Part shown: in pieces, positions 26,619-38,395 of the stretch | Layout of the letters: the number at the start of each line of letters is the position of its first letter | Numbering within the stretch: position 1 is the first letter of the stretch | Assembly: GCA_000320545.1 (NCBI GenBank) | Contig: ADNK01000559.1 | Location: 1-64,000, forward strand | Direction: 5' to 3' | From: Bigelowiella natans CCMP2755 | Lineage: Eukaryota; Protista; Cercozoa | Length of the DNA: 64,000 bases | Translations under genes and position numbers: made by a program | Notes under the pieces: model-generated | Told to the model about the DNA's origin: nothing | What the model saw: only the letters and a program-made list of their open reading frames with translations | The model's database searches: none

Positions 26619-26868
26619 ATGGCAATACTTCAAACGGTAGTGTATGGGGCGATGGGAGGCATGCTGGGTGAATCTTATCATTCTATTTGACTAGGTTGAG
26701 ACGGATTGGATACATATCTCCTTTGCTCATGCTATTCGATCGAAGCATTGGCCACCAGAACGTGTTTTTAACACCGCAAGCTCCCGCAAAGGAAGAAGAG
26801 GATAAGCAGGTATGGCGGTTCTTCTTTGTCTTGAACACGCTGTAGATTTGTGATGCGTCCTGTGTTGG

Positions 26869-26902
<34 letters not shown>

Positions 26903-28911
26903 TCATCAGGCTATCATTGACTTGTCGGCGATCAACCAGATAGAGGAATCTGTCCTCTCACAGGCAAAATACACTATCAAGGTAAGCTGTCTCAAAATAT
27001 TTGAAGCCTGAATTGAAGAAATTGTGTGGGGCGACGGGGAGCGAGGGATTTCTGATAAATGGGAGTATCGAGGCTCCGCGTCACTTGCAGCTAACCTTCC
27101 ACTGATGAACTGCCTCCTTCTAATAGGACTTACTGCGCCGGGCTGCTTGCCGCATTCACGATTATGATTTACAACGCGTGCATGTGCAACTCTTTGACGA
27201 GGAAAAGAAGAATTGGCGGCCGTTCACGAAACGAGAAGCCTTCCTGGTAGTATCACTTCCATGTTCTAATTGTGCTAACCCTGTTGGGGTTTTCTCTCCT
27301 TTCTCCATGGGCTCATCAACCCTCCTCCCTCATTGTGAATCCATTTCAGACGGTTCAGGCACTCGAATCTGCGCTTAGTGCCTCCACACAGGATGACTTG
27401 GAAAATTGGGCCGAGTAGTAAATTAATATGTCAAATACACCAACGACCAAAAGAAATATTTCTTCCTTGAGCTGGTGCTGAGTCAGATTGAATATAAATA
27501 TGTAGGACCTTGCTCAACGTTGCCCAAACTTCCTATGATAATGCTGCAGCACTTCTCTCTACTTACTACAAGTCATCAAATACAACATTGCTACCCCTCC
27601 CCACGCACGCTAGCACAATAAAAGTCAATATCGGCCCCATACGGCCCCGCTAAGATATGCCCTATATCTTGTCTTTGGCCTAATCTCTCTTTGAAGCCTC
27701 TAATTGATTTCGTGTATTGCTAATGTACTCCCAGTACTGTCATTACTAACACCATTATTGCTGTATTCCCGGAGTAGAGGTCTGGATAAAGCGAGAGAAT
27801 TCAAGGTCCAGTTTTGCAGCCAGTATGATCGGGAGGCGTACGGAATGTCTGCGACTGGTACTTAATACTCACCTAGAGAACTGTTGTGATGATTGTGAAG
27901 ATGATGATGATGATGATGATGATTTCGCTGATGGCGGATGATGATGATGGCAGCAACCGTACAAATGCGAATCGTCACGATACATGCAAGTAAACTTTGC
28001 TAGAGGTTGTTTGATCTTTCCACATCCCCTGCGCCTGGATCAATATCGCGTATGCATCATTTTAAGATTTAGGGTTGATTACGGCGTTGACTGGCTTCAT
28101 GAACTCCGCACACGAAGGTGCTGCTACTTTGTCCATTGGGTTGTGCGAGCAGCGTGCACTACATACAACAACCAGCGAATAGTTACGTCTCTCCTCGTAT
28201 TACTTCTCAAAAATGTCAGGATTTGCAATCCAGCAATTTTGATAACTTTCCTTTTCGTCTCTGACTGGGCTGGTCTTCTTGTCCATACAGGCGTGATAAC
28301 GATACCCTACTTTAAGCAATGGTAATACACGACGTATCTGAAGCGTTTGTTGCCACTCGATGGGTGAGGGGAGAGAAATCAAGCAATATTTCCTGTTTAA
28401 TGCTAGATAGTGGAGAGTTGTATTATCTCTTCGATTCTTCGCCGAATGAAGCGGAGATGCAACACATTTGATACCTAGCTCGAAATCTTATGTCCGGAAT
28501 CTCATCAAGAGACCTCCTTCCCTCCTCCCCTAGCCTATTTACTGTGCAGTTTGGAAAATACACGTTTCTACCCTCCCACACCATCTTCTTTCCCACTCAT
28601 AGAACGATTCGTGGGTTGTTGCTAGTACGAAGAAAACCCTTGCAACTAAAAGCACACAGAGATTAAGCTTATGTCCTCCTACTATCATATTTTCATATCA
28701 GGGACTCAAAATCCGAATTTGTGGAGGTTGGTGGCGCTGCTATATATGTGTGCGATTTGGCTGGATGCCTGGCATAGATTGTGGTGTCTTATGTATGCGT
28801 CTCTGTGTGTTTGATGTGATATTCTTCAAGTTCAAGATGAAGGATATTCCAGAAAAAAGTCGGTCAATTCCCCGTATGTGGCGGTAATGTTCAATGACAG
28901 TTGTTTTGCGC

Positions 28912-28974
<63 letters not shown>

Positions 28975-29073
28975 CCTCCTTTTCCTCACATATCCCGTCC
29001 TACTACTACCTGCATATTTCTGTATGCTTCTTAGCATGATCGAAACTTCCAGTATTATCATTATCACCATAAC

Positions 29074-29106
<33 letters not shown>

Positions 29107-30197
29107 TATCATCATCATCATTATCATCATTTGTTCCATCTTGTTTACTGGGCCTTGCCAACGATCATCTAAATCCCGTCATCATTTTATTCCCGACAGC
29201 TATATGTACTGGCAGTGCGTACGTGCCCCCTGCCACGAAATCATTCACTCATGCCAGCACATCTGTGGCCAGAAAATGGTAATGATTTCTTCTGTTAGAT
29301 GTATTTGGAGAAGGGAGGGGGAATGGAAGAAAGTAACTGCTCCTCCTCCTCCTCCTCCTCCTCCTCCTCCTCCTCTTCTCTCCTCCCGATAAAAGACCAC
29401 GCAAGTCGCGGAGCACGATGCATACTACAGCTGTAACGTCCTCACGCTTGCTGTGTGTGGGCTTCCAACATGCACGTTTGCCTACCCTGGCCTCGGTGCC
29501 GAGATCGTATTAGCATCCTATCAAGTAATTCAGGGGACTAGGATTAGAAATAGTAGAGGAAGGGATGGAAGGAAACACTATGAACAATGGGCGCTGCAGG
29601 GGAGAAAAGTTAAAGTCATAAACTATCTACTGTTCTACAAATGCTTGTCTGAGCCTCATGTTGATTCCAAGGCGGCGAAAATGTATCGTGAGACACCCCG
29701 TACTATTCAACAGAGCGATCCAACTCACATCGTTTAGAAACACCCAGACGCAATTTTATGCTGGCATTACGATTCTCCTTTCTCTTATTGTCTTCTCCCG
29801 GTTCTCCCCTCCTTCTCAGAATTCGAAGCGAAAGCTGGATAAGCTCCCTGAGGGGTTTGACTTAAAAGTCTATGAGAAGTGGCGCGATAGCTTTGGCGTC
29901 GGTATTGGATGTAAAGACGAAGACACTGATGGGAATAATGATGATGATGGTGATGATGATGATGATGAACGATCGATTGTAGACAATTGAGATCGGGATG
30001 TGGTTCTTTCTTCTATTTTAAATGCTGTGATTTGAATCTAATGCGTACGCAGCAAAGGGCTGCTGGAACGATAAGAATTTTGGATCGAAGGGAGACTTAT
30101 CCAAGTCGTTCGAGTTTATCGCAGGACCACTTGGTTTCTTCGTGTGTATGAATGATTGTCTGCGTATGTGCATGTGCGTGCGCATGTGTGCGTGTAT

Positions 30198-30232
<35 letters not shown>

Positions 30233-30570
30233 GTGCGTCTATCTCTTGTAGTTTGGGAAATTGGGAATGTTTCTTTATCGCAAATTGAACCGAACACGCT
30301 ACACCCCAACACATCTCGATACTCTTTATGTTTTCCTTTCGACACAGCGTTTGATCCTCCTTTTGTCCTTCGCCTCTGTTACTAATATTGTATGTTTTTT
30401 GCCACTCTTTCTTTTTGCTTTCTCTTTTTCACATCTCCTGCTGCTTGCAACCTCCTGATTCCTCTCCCTTGCATACTTTCAGTGACATTGGAAGCTTGTG
30501 CGCCCGATGGAAAGCTCATCCTCGCTCCCATGGTGTTTGTCCAACCCAAAAAAGAAACAGAATTAACGGA
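26619..30570 (+). CDS. Multi-exon gene with a HExxH zinc-metallopeptidase-like motif (could be two genes; 3' end approximate)
   Basis: ATG 26619 (MAILQT|). Exons QAIIDLSAINQIEES..., DLLRRAACRIHDYDLQRVHVQLFD..., GVITIPYFKQW, YMYWQCVRAPCHEIIHSCQHICGQKM| (HEIIH at 29234-29248), then TTQVAEHDAYY (candidate third-ligand Glu), then KLDKLPEGFDLKVYEKWRDSFG. Confidence 0.6.
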
Positions 30571-30829
30571 GTTCATATATTTACACACACGAACGCACGC
30601 AACAAGTTTTGAGTGAATGTTTGAGTTATGTCGAGTAAACATATTGTCATGTATTACATCGTCTACAAGCCGACACGATGATGTGCATTACGCACGTGTT
30701 TCACCGGGATTTCCATCATATTTTCAAACTTATTTTTCTTATTGTGTCTGTTTTTGGATGATTAATTGTGTTTACACTCCCATGATCTTCACTCCCCCTG
30801 CCCCTAACCCCACCAAATCTTGCCAACAC

Positions 30830-31160
30830 TGCAAAGCAGAAGTTGCAAGAACAGGTGAAAGCAATGGCGAACACGATGTTCAAGAAGCGAGATGCGAAGA
30901 GCCACCCAGGGGCTTCGGAAGACGCGAAGCAGAAGAGAAAGGTTTTCACCACATCGTGCACTGATTTCATGACGATGATGTACCCACAACGATGAAAATC
31001 GCATTGATGTTCGGAGTAGATTTTGGACTGCAACTCACTGGAAGTGGAGATAGCGCCTCGTTTGTCACTTTCGTCCTTGGCCATCAAAGCGCGGATGGAT
31101 CAGCTCGGAGGCAAGATAGGGAAAGCTAAGGCCATTGCTCTCAAGTCTGAGTTGAGATCT
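30830..31160 (+). pseudogene. Spliced gene fragment, probably decayed
   Basis: QKLQEQVKAMANTMFKKRDAKSHPGASEDAKQKRK|gt..ag|ILDCNSLEVEIAPRLSLSSLAIKARMDQLGGKIGKAKAIA. No clear start, and it abuts the TpA-depleted tract. Confidence 0.35.
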
Positions 31161-31986
31161 TAGGTCGCTGTGCATGAGCAATGTTCGCTATCATCCATCT
31201 CCAATCCAGCAAAGCATTGCACGTGCCAAGAATGGACACAAGGTTCGCACTGACATTCTGCACAATTTGTGATGCAGACATGATGCAGATCATGTGATGG
31301 AAAGATCCTGCTGAGCGAGTTTTGAGCCTGCACATATTTGGGCATGCTGATGATAGACACAGTAATATTGCACATGCAATGTGCACATCATGTTACGTCT
31401 GTCTATTATGCTGGTATGGGGCTGAGCATCGAGCTCAAATCAGGTGCTGTGCTCATGGCTAGATGGCGCTTGAGCATGCACTGAAAACCGATTTTTGGCA
31501 CCGAATCCCATCGTACTCCCCATCGCAAATGTGTTTGAGCAGATTGTGTCAGCGTATTGCGACGTACAGCGCAGAGATTTCAGCGAATATTCCGCTCAAA
31601 AATGTCACCTGGATCGTCATCCAGCAATTCTTGTCAGCGTTTTTTGGCTTCTAGCTGGTCAAGTTTCACCTTTTGAACACTGAAATTGTTCATGCGCTGC
31701 GATGCAGAATTCACAATGCATCGAGTCTCTATGACAAGAACAACAGTCCATTGAGTGTGTGTTCTAAGGTGAATTGCGCAAGCAGGCAGCGACACGAAGG
31801 TGTGGCGGAAAAGAGCACACGCACAGACACTCAGCGTGCATACATGCATGCCACATCACACGCCATTGCGCACTTGTGCAGTGCCATGCTGGCATGGCTC
31901 GACGCTGGGACGCAAGTCTGTCTAGCTGTGTTCGATGAACGAGTGAAGAAGCAATTCCAGTGAGGCAGGCTAGCAGGCCAGGGTGG

Positions 31987-32060
31987 TGTGAGTGGTTTTT
32001 GCCTTCAAACCACTCGTAGTTCGCGAACTACGAGTGGTTCAAAGGCAAAAACCACTCACA
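31987..32060. mobile_element. 74-bp fold-back mini-element (MITE-like) with a probable 8-bp target-site duplication
   Basis: Loop-less palindrome TGTGAGTGGTTTTTGCCTT-CA-AACCACTCGTAGTTCG|CGAACTACGAGTGGTT-CA-AAGGCAAAAACCACTCACA, flanked by CAGGGTGG (31979-31986) and CAAGGTGG (32061-32068). Confidence 0.65.
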
Positions 32061-32061
32061 C

Positions 32062-32600
32062 AAGGTGGTGAACGTTGAACGTTGAACTTCGCACTGAAAC
32101 ACGATGCCGATGCCAAAACTGCACACGCAATGGAACCACGTGGGAAACAAGCGTTCACACGCAGCAGCGCCTGCGCCCACAAATGAAAATCAGTGAAGTT
32201 CAACCACATTGAACCGCTCGATGCAAAAACTGCACGCGCAAGAACCACACGAGAAACAAGCGTTTGCATGAAGCAGCGCGCATGCAGCCTGAACAATGAA
32301 CAATGATGATGAACTGCATTTCCAAAATGTTGCAAGACACTTGCAGTGTGCGAAACGCAGTGCCTCGAACTGGCTTCAGTGAGGACTGCAACTAGTGAAC
32401 TAGCAGGTTTTTTGAACAATGAACAATGAACAATGAACAATGACAAAGAACCACATTTCCAAAATGCAACAAGACATTGAATTGGCACAGTCAGGCCATT
32501 GTGAAACAACGTGGGCAGCAGCAATGTGGCGACGGCGCAAGGCATCCACTCTGAGCAAGAACTTCCTGAACACCACATCCACACGGTGATCCACGTTTTA
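32062..32600 (-). pseudogene. Decayed, hydrophobic membrane-protein-like gene remnant
   Basis: The 181-aa ORF 32039-32584 has no Tyr and excess Cys/His. It reads as TM-like segments if some C/H are reverted to Y (e.g. WLNFTDF[H>Y]LWAQALL). It lies in the TpA-erased tract. Confidence 0.35.
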
Positions 32601-33028
32601 CAGTTTCGATCATCCGAGGCTAGGAGGGAGCACCCAGCCTGCAGTTCTCAAATCCGTCGGCAGAGGTCAGTGAGGCGACGCAAAGAAAAAGCCGACAGAA
32701 TTTGGAATCGGAAGAGGTTTGTTTTGTGCGACATGCAACAAGACGACATCCTGGCCGTAGACCAAGGTTGGCCAGAATTTCACCGGAGAACATCTATTTA
32801 AAAATGGCCTACTTTTGTACGTCACCATAGATCGTTGTTCGAGTTGGACAAGTCAACCATTTCAGACGTTTCAGCGTTACCACTACTCTACCGAGGTGTA
32901 AGGGTGGGGAGAGAGAGAGAGAGAGAGAGAACAAAGTCCCAAGCTAAAGCCGAGTTGTGTATTTTAAGTGAGTAGGCGTAGGATACTGGGGTGTCGAGCT
33001 ATCGATCAGTTTCCTCCCCTCAAAGGGT

Positions 33029-33549
33029 ATGGGTTCAGCTGCATCTTCCCAGCCAAAAGTAGAAGAAACTGGTGTGTCTTTGAGTTTTTCATCTGACTCC
33101 TTTCCCTCACTTTGTTCTTCTCCTTTTCCACCAATGTACTCTGAAAAAAGATATGCTGTATGGATGATTTGTGTTTTTGCAGGGCAAACGACACCGAAAC
33201 CTATACCGATACCGAGTAGCTGCTAACCTTTCCAAAAACTACTTCTTATTTCGCCGTCGCCCGCTAAGTTTGATCGGTTTTCACTTTTCAAATCCAGCAT
33301 CGGCGGAAATCGACTTGGCGTTGAAGCACTTGGGGGTTCCCGAGAGGGATGTTAAGGCAGCGTGCGAATCTGCGTGGAAGGTTTGTGTTCGTCAATAGAT
33401 GCAAAGCGCCCTGTTATGATTTTGGACATCCGCAACGTTCCTTTGGTCAACAAAACAGGAAACGGATAAAGACAACAGTGGGTTTGTGGAAAAGGCGGTT
33501 CGTCTTTGCTTAGCCCTCTACGCTAATCACACACACACACACACCACAT

Positions 33550-33594
<45 letters not shown>

Positions 33595-34109
33595 TTATGC
33601 GCGTAACTGTCTTAAATAGAATCTTTGGTATTCTTACAGGAGCTTTCCAAATGCTTAGAACGAGTTTTCAAAGAAATTCAGGGGGTATGAACGGTTTAGT
33701 ATTGTTATTATTTTGTGCATGAAATTACTTTGGAACTTGACGACAGGTACAGCCCGATATTACAATCCCAGCGAAGGAACAGAGAGAGGCTGGAGTCACA
33801 GATGCAATGAAAGTACTAGTGTGAAAAATGTAGTGAGGACGAGAACACTGCATCAATTATTTCTTTGTTTCTCGTCCGACATCTTCTCCCGATCCTCAAT
33901 TGTCTGTTGCCATCACTACTGCTCTACAGGACCTAGATAGAAACAAAAATGGAAAGCTGGAGAGGGATGAATTCGATGTATTTGTGAAGGTCTCCTTCAA
34001 AAATAAGTAACAAGAGTTTTGCGCTGCAATGATAATGACGTACACTGTTTTTGTGTTTTTTTCGTAGATGATGCTAATCATGGTCAAAACAATGGCGGAT
34101 GTTTCATGA
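33029..34109 (+). CDS. N-myristoylated two-EF-hand calcium-binding protein (about 8 exons)
   Basis: Starts MGSAASS (MGxxxS). EF loop 1 DKDNSGFVEKA|E, EF loop 2 DRNKNGKLERDE. Last exon MMLIMVKTMADVS* (TGA 34107-34109). Confidence 0.85.
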
Positions 34110-35007
34110 CAATTGCCCGAAATCGTTCGTAGTTGCTCAAAACAAGTTGCAATGTGAGACATTCACAGTTTCAGATCGATTGAATGCCCAAATTGTGCAT
34201 CTTGGGTTGTTCACTGTTCAAAAATCGGAACACAGTTCTTGTCACTTTACTCGTGTGATCGACAGAGCAGCTTACATGCTAACATGGTCAAACGGAAATG
34301 TGGGCCGCAGCAACATGCAAACTGGGCTAGCACTAGCTACTAGACACGTGCTGCGTCCATGCGTGCTCATGGTTCGATCTATGCCAGTATAGCATGGCTC
34401 TAGATGCACGTGTGTCTGGTGCTTTTGGTTTGAATTGACACACATGCATGTGTGTACGTGTGTGTGTGTGTGTGTGTGACGACAGTGTGTGCACACGCGT
34501 TGTCAAGCGTGGGTAGTTAGATCGAAGTGCATGCGCGGGGCATGGTGGACTCGTGATGACCATCGCGAATGTGCATGGTGCGCTGCTGTCATGGTAGCAT
34601 CTGTGCTTTCACTGCACGCTAGGCATGTGGCATCATGTAGATCTGCATGCAGATTGAGAAGAATGAAACACGCCTACACACTTGACAACCTGAATGAAGA
34701 ATGTGAGAATCTTGCAGGCTCGTGCACAAACCATTTGGTCATGCCGTCCAAGCTAGCAAGACAGCATTTTAGGGTTGCGCCGATGATCCCACAATGCTAG
34801 AATGCACACGTGTGCAACTTTCATTGAAATGCATGCCAGCATGCTCTGCACAGCTAGACAGCATTCTGGCAAGATTCCATTTTTCAATGCAAGCTTGAAC
34901 ACCCATTTAGCGACAAATGCACTGAATCATGAAGATGCAGTGGGTGATCATTGAACCAATTGCGAAGAGCAGCTCTGTTCGCATGTGCTCTAAGCTTGCA
35001 AGTGGTG

Positions 35008-35385
35008 CTCGGTGTTTCTTTTCCTACTCAAGGTGTAGAAGCTTCCAGCTCCTGCGACCAGCGAAAATCACGGTCGTTTGCAAAGTCAATTGCCCTCCCT
35101 TTGAGATTGACATCTCCCAGCGCATCCGATTCGGTGGATGCAGTTTTCTTTTTCTGTGGCAAGATCGAAGTTGATCACCAAGCTGAGGTTCTGGAAGTCT
35201 GTTCCTCGCGAGCAAGAACGTTTAGTTGGGTGTTGCAACACGCGAACCTCCGCTTCGGAAGTCTTTCACGACATCCTTATGTGTGTACAGTGTCCATAGG
35301 TCACAACGCATGTGGCACATGCAATTCATTTTTCATAGAGACGCCTTGCTAGCTTGTGTCCATCTCCATGCATTCTGCATTACCC
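35008..35385 (-). pseudogene. eIF4A-type DEAD-box helicase pseudogene (C-terminal RecA domain)
   Basis: With frameshifts the minus strand reads MHGD...[61 protein letters not shown]...ELE.FY...KETP. This is colinear with eIF4A ([34 protein letters not shown]...[20 protein letters not shown]...IETFY...EEMP). Confidence 0.85.
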
Positions 35386-36190
35386 ATGCTTAATGATAAT
35401 TCCCTGCTCATCACAGATCTTTGTGTTTCATTTGCCTTAGCATCATCATGCCTTGCTACTTGACGCCGTGATGCATATTCATGTGGAATTATTTTTGGTT
35501 ACACACACGTAAGTACGCATGTGTTCATGGCATGAGATGCAGCGTAATGAGTGACAAGAATGAACTAAGCTTTGTGAATAACTGTCCTAACGTAGACAGC
35601 GAATGCGCGGACCGATGCAAAACTTCGTGAGCGCTGATGCTAGCTAGCTAGCAGTGCACATGGAAACGAGTGCTCTACTTGTTTCTGCATTGATGCAGGC
35701 CTAGATGCAACTGGAAAGCTCATGCTGCCTTGATGTACACGTAATGCCATGATAAAGTGCAATTGTAGGCTGCGTGCTTCTGCGAGTTATTGTTGCTGAT
35801 TTTAAACGCGCAATTGTATGAACAGTGAACAGCTTGGAACCCATTTGGTGTTTGTGCAATGTGGCAATGTAAGAAACACACGTTTATCTAATTACATCAT
35901 GTATACGAGCACTTACATGCAACACGTCGTCAGCGTCACGAATGAGCTGTGTTGTTGTGGTCGTTTATTTAATAAATGAAAGTTTCCTACGCAGCACATT
36001 TTCAAGGTAGTGGGCACAGCAATGCTATCAAGAAATTCTGGCGTACGAGAGGTTGGGGGTGGCACGGCGGGGGAAGCTACATACATATTTTGGAGAGGAA
36101 GCAATGAATGAATGTGCAACCGCAAGTTCTGTGCTTCATTAGACTATGCGTTGTAATCCTTCAATATTCGGCCCAAGTACCGACACACAT

Positions 36191-36466
36191 TTATCTTACA
36201 TGAAGCACATCGCCGACGCCTCTTCCTGTGCCGCGAAGCTTCGCATACTTCCGCGAGCAGCCCTAGTAGAGAGGAGAAACACGTGGATTTCAGTCCCAGC
36301 ATCACCGTTGTGCTTATCAACCAACGCAGAACAACTCAAGCAGCAAAGATACCTTGTGTACGATGGTCCATTTGCGTGAAGACCCTGGCAGCATACGTCC
36401 TGCATCATATCATATTGCAGCAGGTGATGGTGATGACGATGCGGTGACGACACGGAGATACCATGT

Positions 36467-36511
<45 letters not shown>

Positions 36512-37192
36512 CTAACAGAGACAGATGTGTTGATAATACCGGGGAAGAGGCAGTCATCAGGAGGGTGGGCGCTAAAGTAGGAATCCCCGATCTTCTTGCG
36601 GCAAACGGCACACTCCGTCTTCGTGTCTTAATTATTCACATGTTTAGTCAGTAATCGAGAGAAGAGAAGGAAGAAGCGCGGACGGGGAGAAAAGGGGGGG
36701 AGGAGAGTGGAGATAAAACGCATGATATTTGTGAGATCATCATCTCTTGCCATCCTAATCTTTCCAATGGAAGCTTGTTTTGTTCTCCTTTCTCCTCTCC
36801 CGTACCGATCGTGAAGCTCTTTCTTTTGACCTCTAGAAGCTGTACCTATATATTTATGTGTACGTGTGTGTGTGTGTGGGGGGGGGGGCGTGTATTTTGA
36901 GACAATGGCAGCAGCAGCAACAACATATTCTCTTCTCGGTGTTGGTTCCTTAGGAATACACGGAGTGCTTGTATGTTTCGATCTGCTGCATTCGTGATTC
37001 ACTTCCCAGTGCAGCAACAAGTAATGTGTGTCTATCACTCCATTTCCGTGGTATCTTTCACCTGCGTTTGAAATCGTTCGGCCCGGACAAGTTTAGACAC
37101 GATTTGCTTGTTCCTCTTGCTACTAACGGAGGTTCTCATCACCGTTTCCAGGTACCTAGTAGTAATAAGACAACCGTCCACAAACACAACAT

Positions 37193-37289
<97 letters not shown>

Positions 37290-37941
37290 TGTTTATGTGC
37301 GTGTTTGTGTGTTCAAAGTTCCACGTCGTATTCGCTGTTTCTCTGCTGCTGCTGCTGCTGCTCCTTCTTCTTCTTCCTCCCCCTGTCCCGCCCTCTGCCC
37401 CCTCCTTCTTACGGAGTAATCTCATCGAGGGGCATATCGTCAGGCAGTAATTTCAGGGTTTCAACGGGGTCTAGATACTCCTGCAAAGGAGCGAAAAACA
37501 TGTAGAGAAAGAGGATGAGAGTGTAGTCGTCAACCAATGCAGTAGCACCGTGGAACCTCTTCCATTGCTGTTGTGCTATGGAACACTGCGTAGATTGAAG
37601 TCGTACATGATGCACACACACATACACATTCCTAGCACGTAATAATACTGCTATTTGACTACAAATGGATTACTACTACTACTACTACTACTACTACTAC
37701 CGTGCAATGAGCCAGAAGATGATGGAATCCTACACGCGAATGGTTGTCTGCTGGATATAAGATATCAAACAAACAAGATGATTAGGTCAACAACAACAAC
37801 AACAGCAACAACCACGACGTCGAGAATTGCTAGTGGCGGCACGAAGGACGACGACTCACCCGGTCTGTCTTCTCCATACTTTAAATATACACGTAGCAGT
37901 ACGTTTAGCAACTCTGCTCTCCTGATATAGTAGTATTTGGG

Positions 37942-37991
<50 letters not shown>

Positions 37992-38183
37992 AATAACGAG
38001 TGTATGTTTACACAGAAAGAGGATTGTGTTGCTGCAGGAAATAAACCAACACTCAACGTCGCATAATAAAGCACCGATATTTCCAACCACAAACTATCAT
38101 ATCACATACGTAGGCATTCCTTCGTTTTCAGCGGTCCTCCTTACGACTCCTGTTTGGGTAATGAGCGCATAGCAACACACACA

Positions 38184-38244
<61 letters not shown>

Positions 38245-38361
38245 ATAGACAAACACAGCACCAGAATCAAAACACACGAAGTAGTTCCACGTGATGCAGC
38301 ACGGATTATACCGCAGGGAATATTTAGTCGCTTCCTTCTCAGGTGTTTGACAATGTATGGC

Positions 38362-38395
<34 letters not shown>

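Noticed and set aside
26910-27420. PH-domain-like phrases (IIDLSAI...SASTQDDLENW)
   Set aside because: An intervening exon breaks the PH spacing and no N-terminal PH strands were found.
31480-31560. Minus-strand VRWDS resembling the hAT transposase TRWNS motif
   Set aside because: No other transposase motif, and the frame is broken by stops; more likely a decayed host-gene fragment.
32288-32480. Two degenerate ~55-65 bp direct repeats with (TGAACAA)n, considered as LTR or TIR ends
   Set aside because: Short, closely spaced and without TSD or PBS; more likely a local duplication of a mutated AT-rich simple repeat.
31140-35900. Classical RIP or CpG deamination as the sole cause of the TG/CA excess
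   Set aside because: CpG remains frequent and TpA is lost rather than gained. CpG decay probably contributes (one R->C in the eIF4A remnant) but does not explain the pattern.
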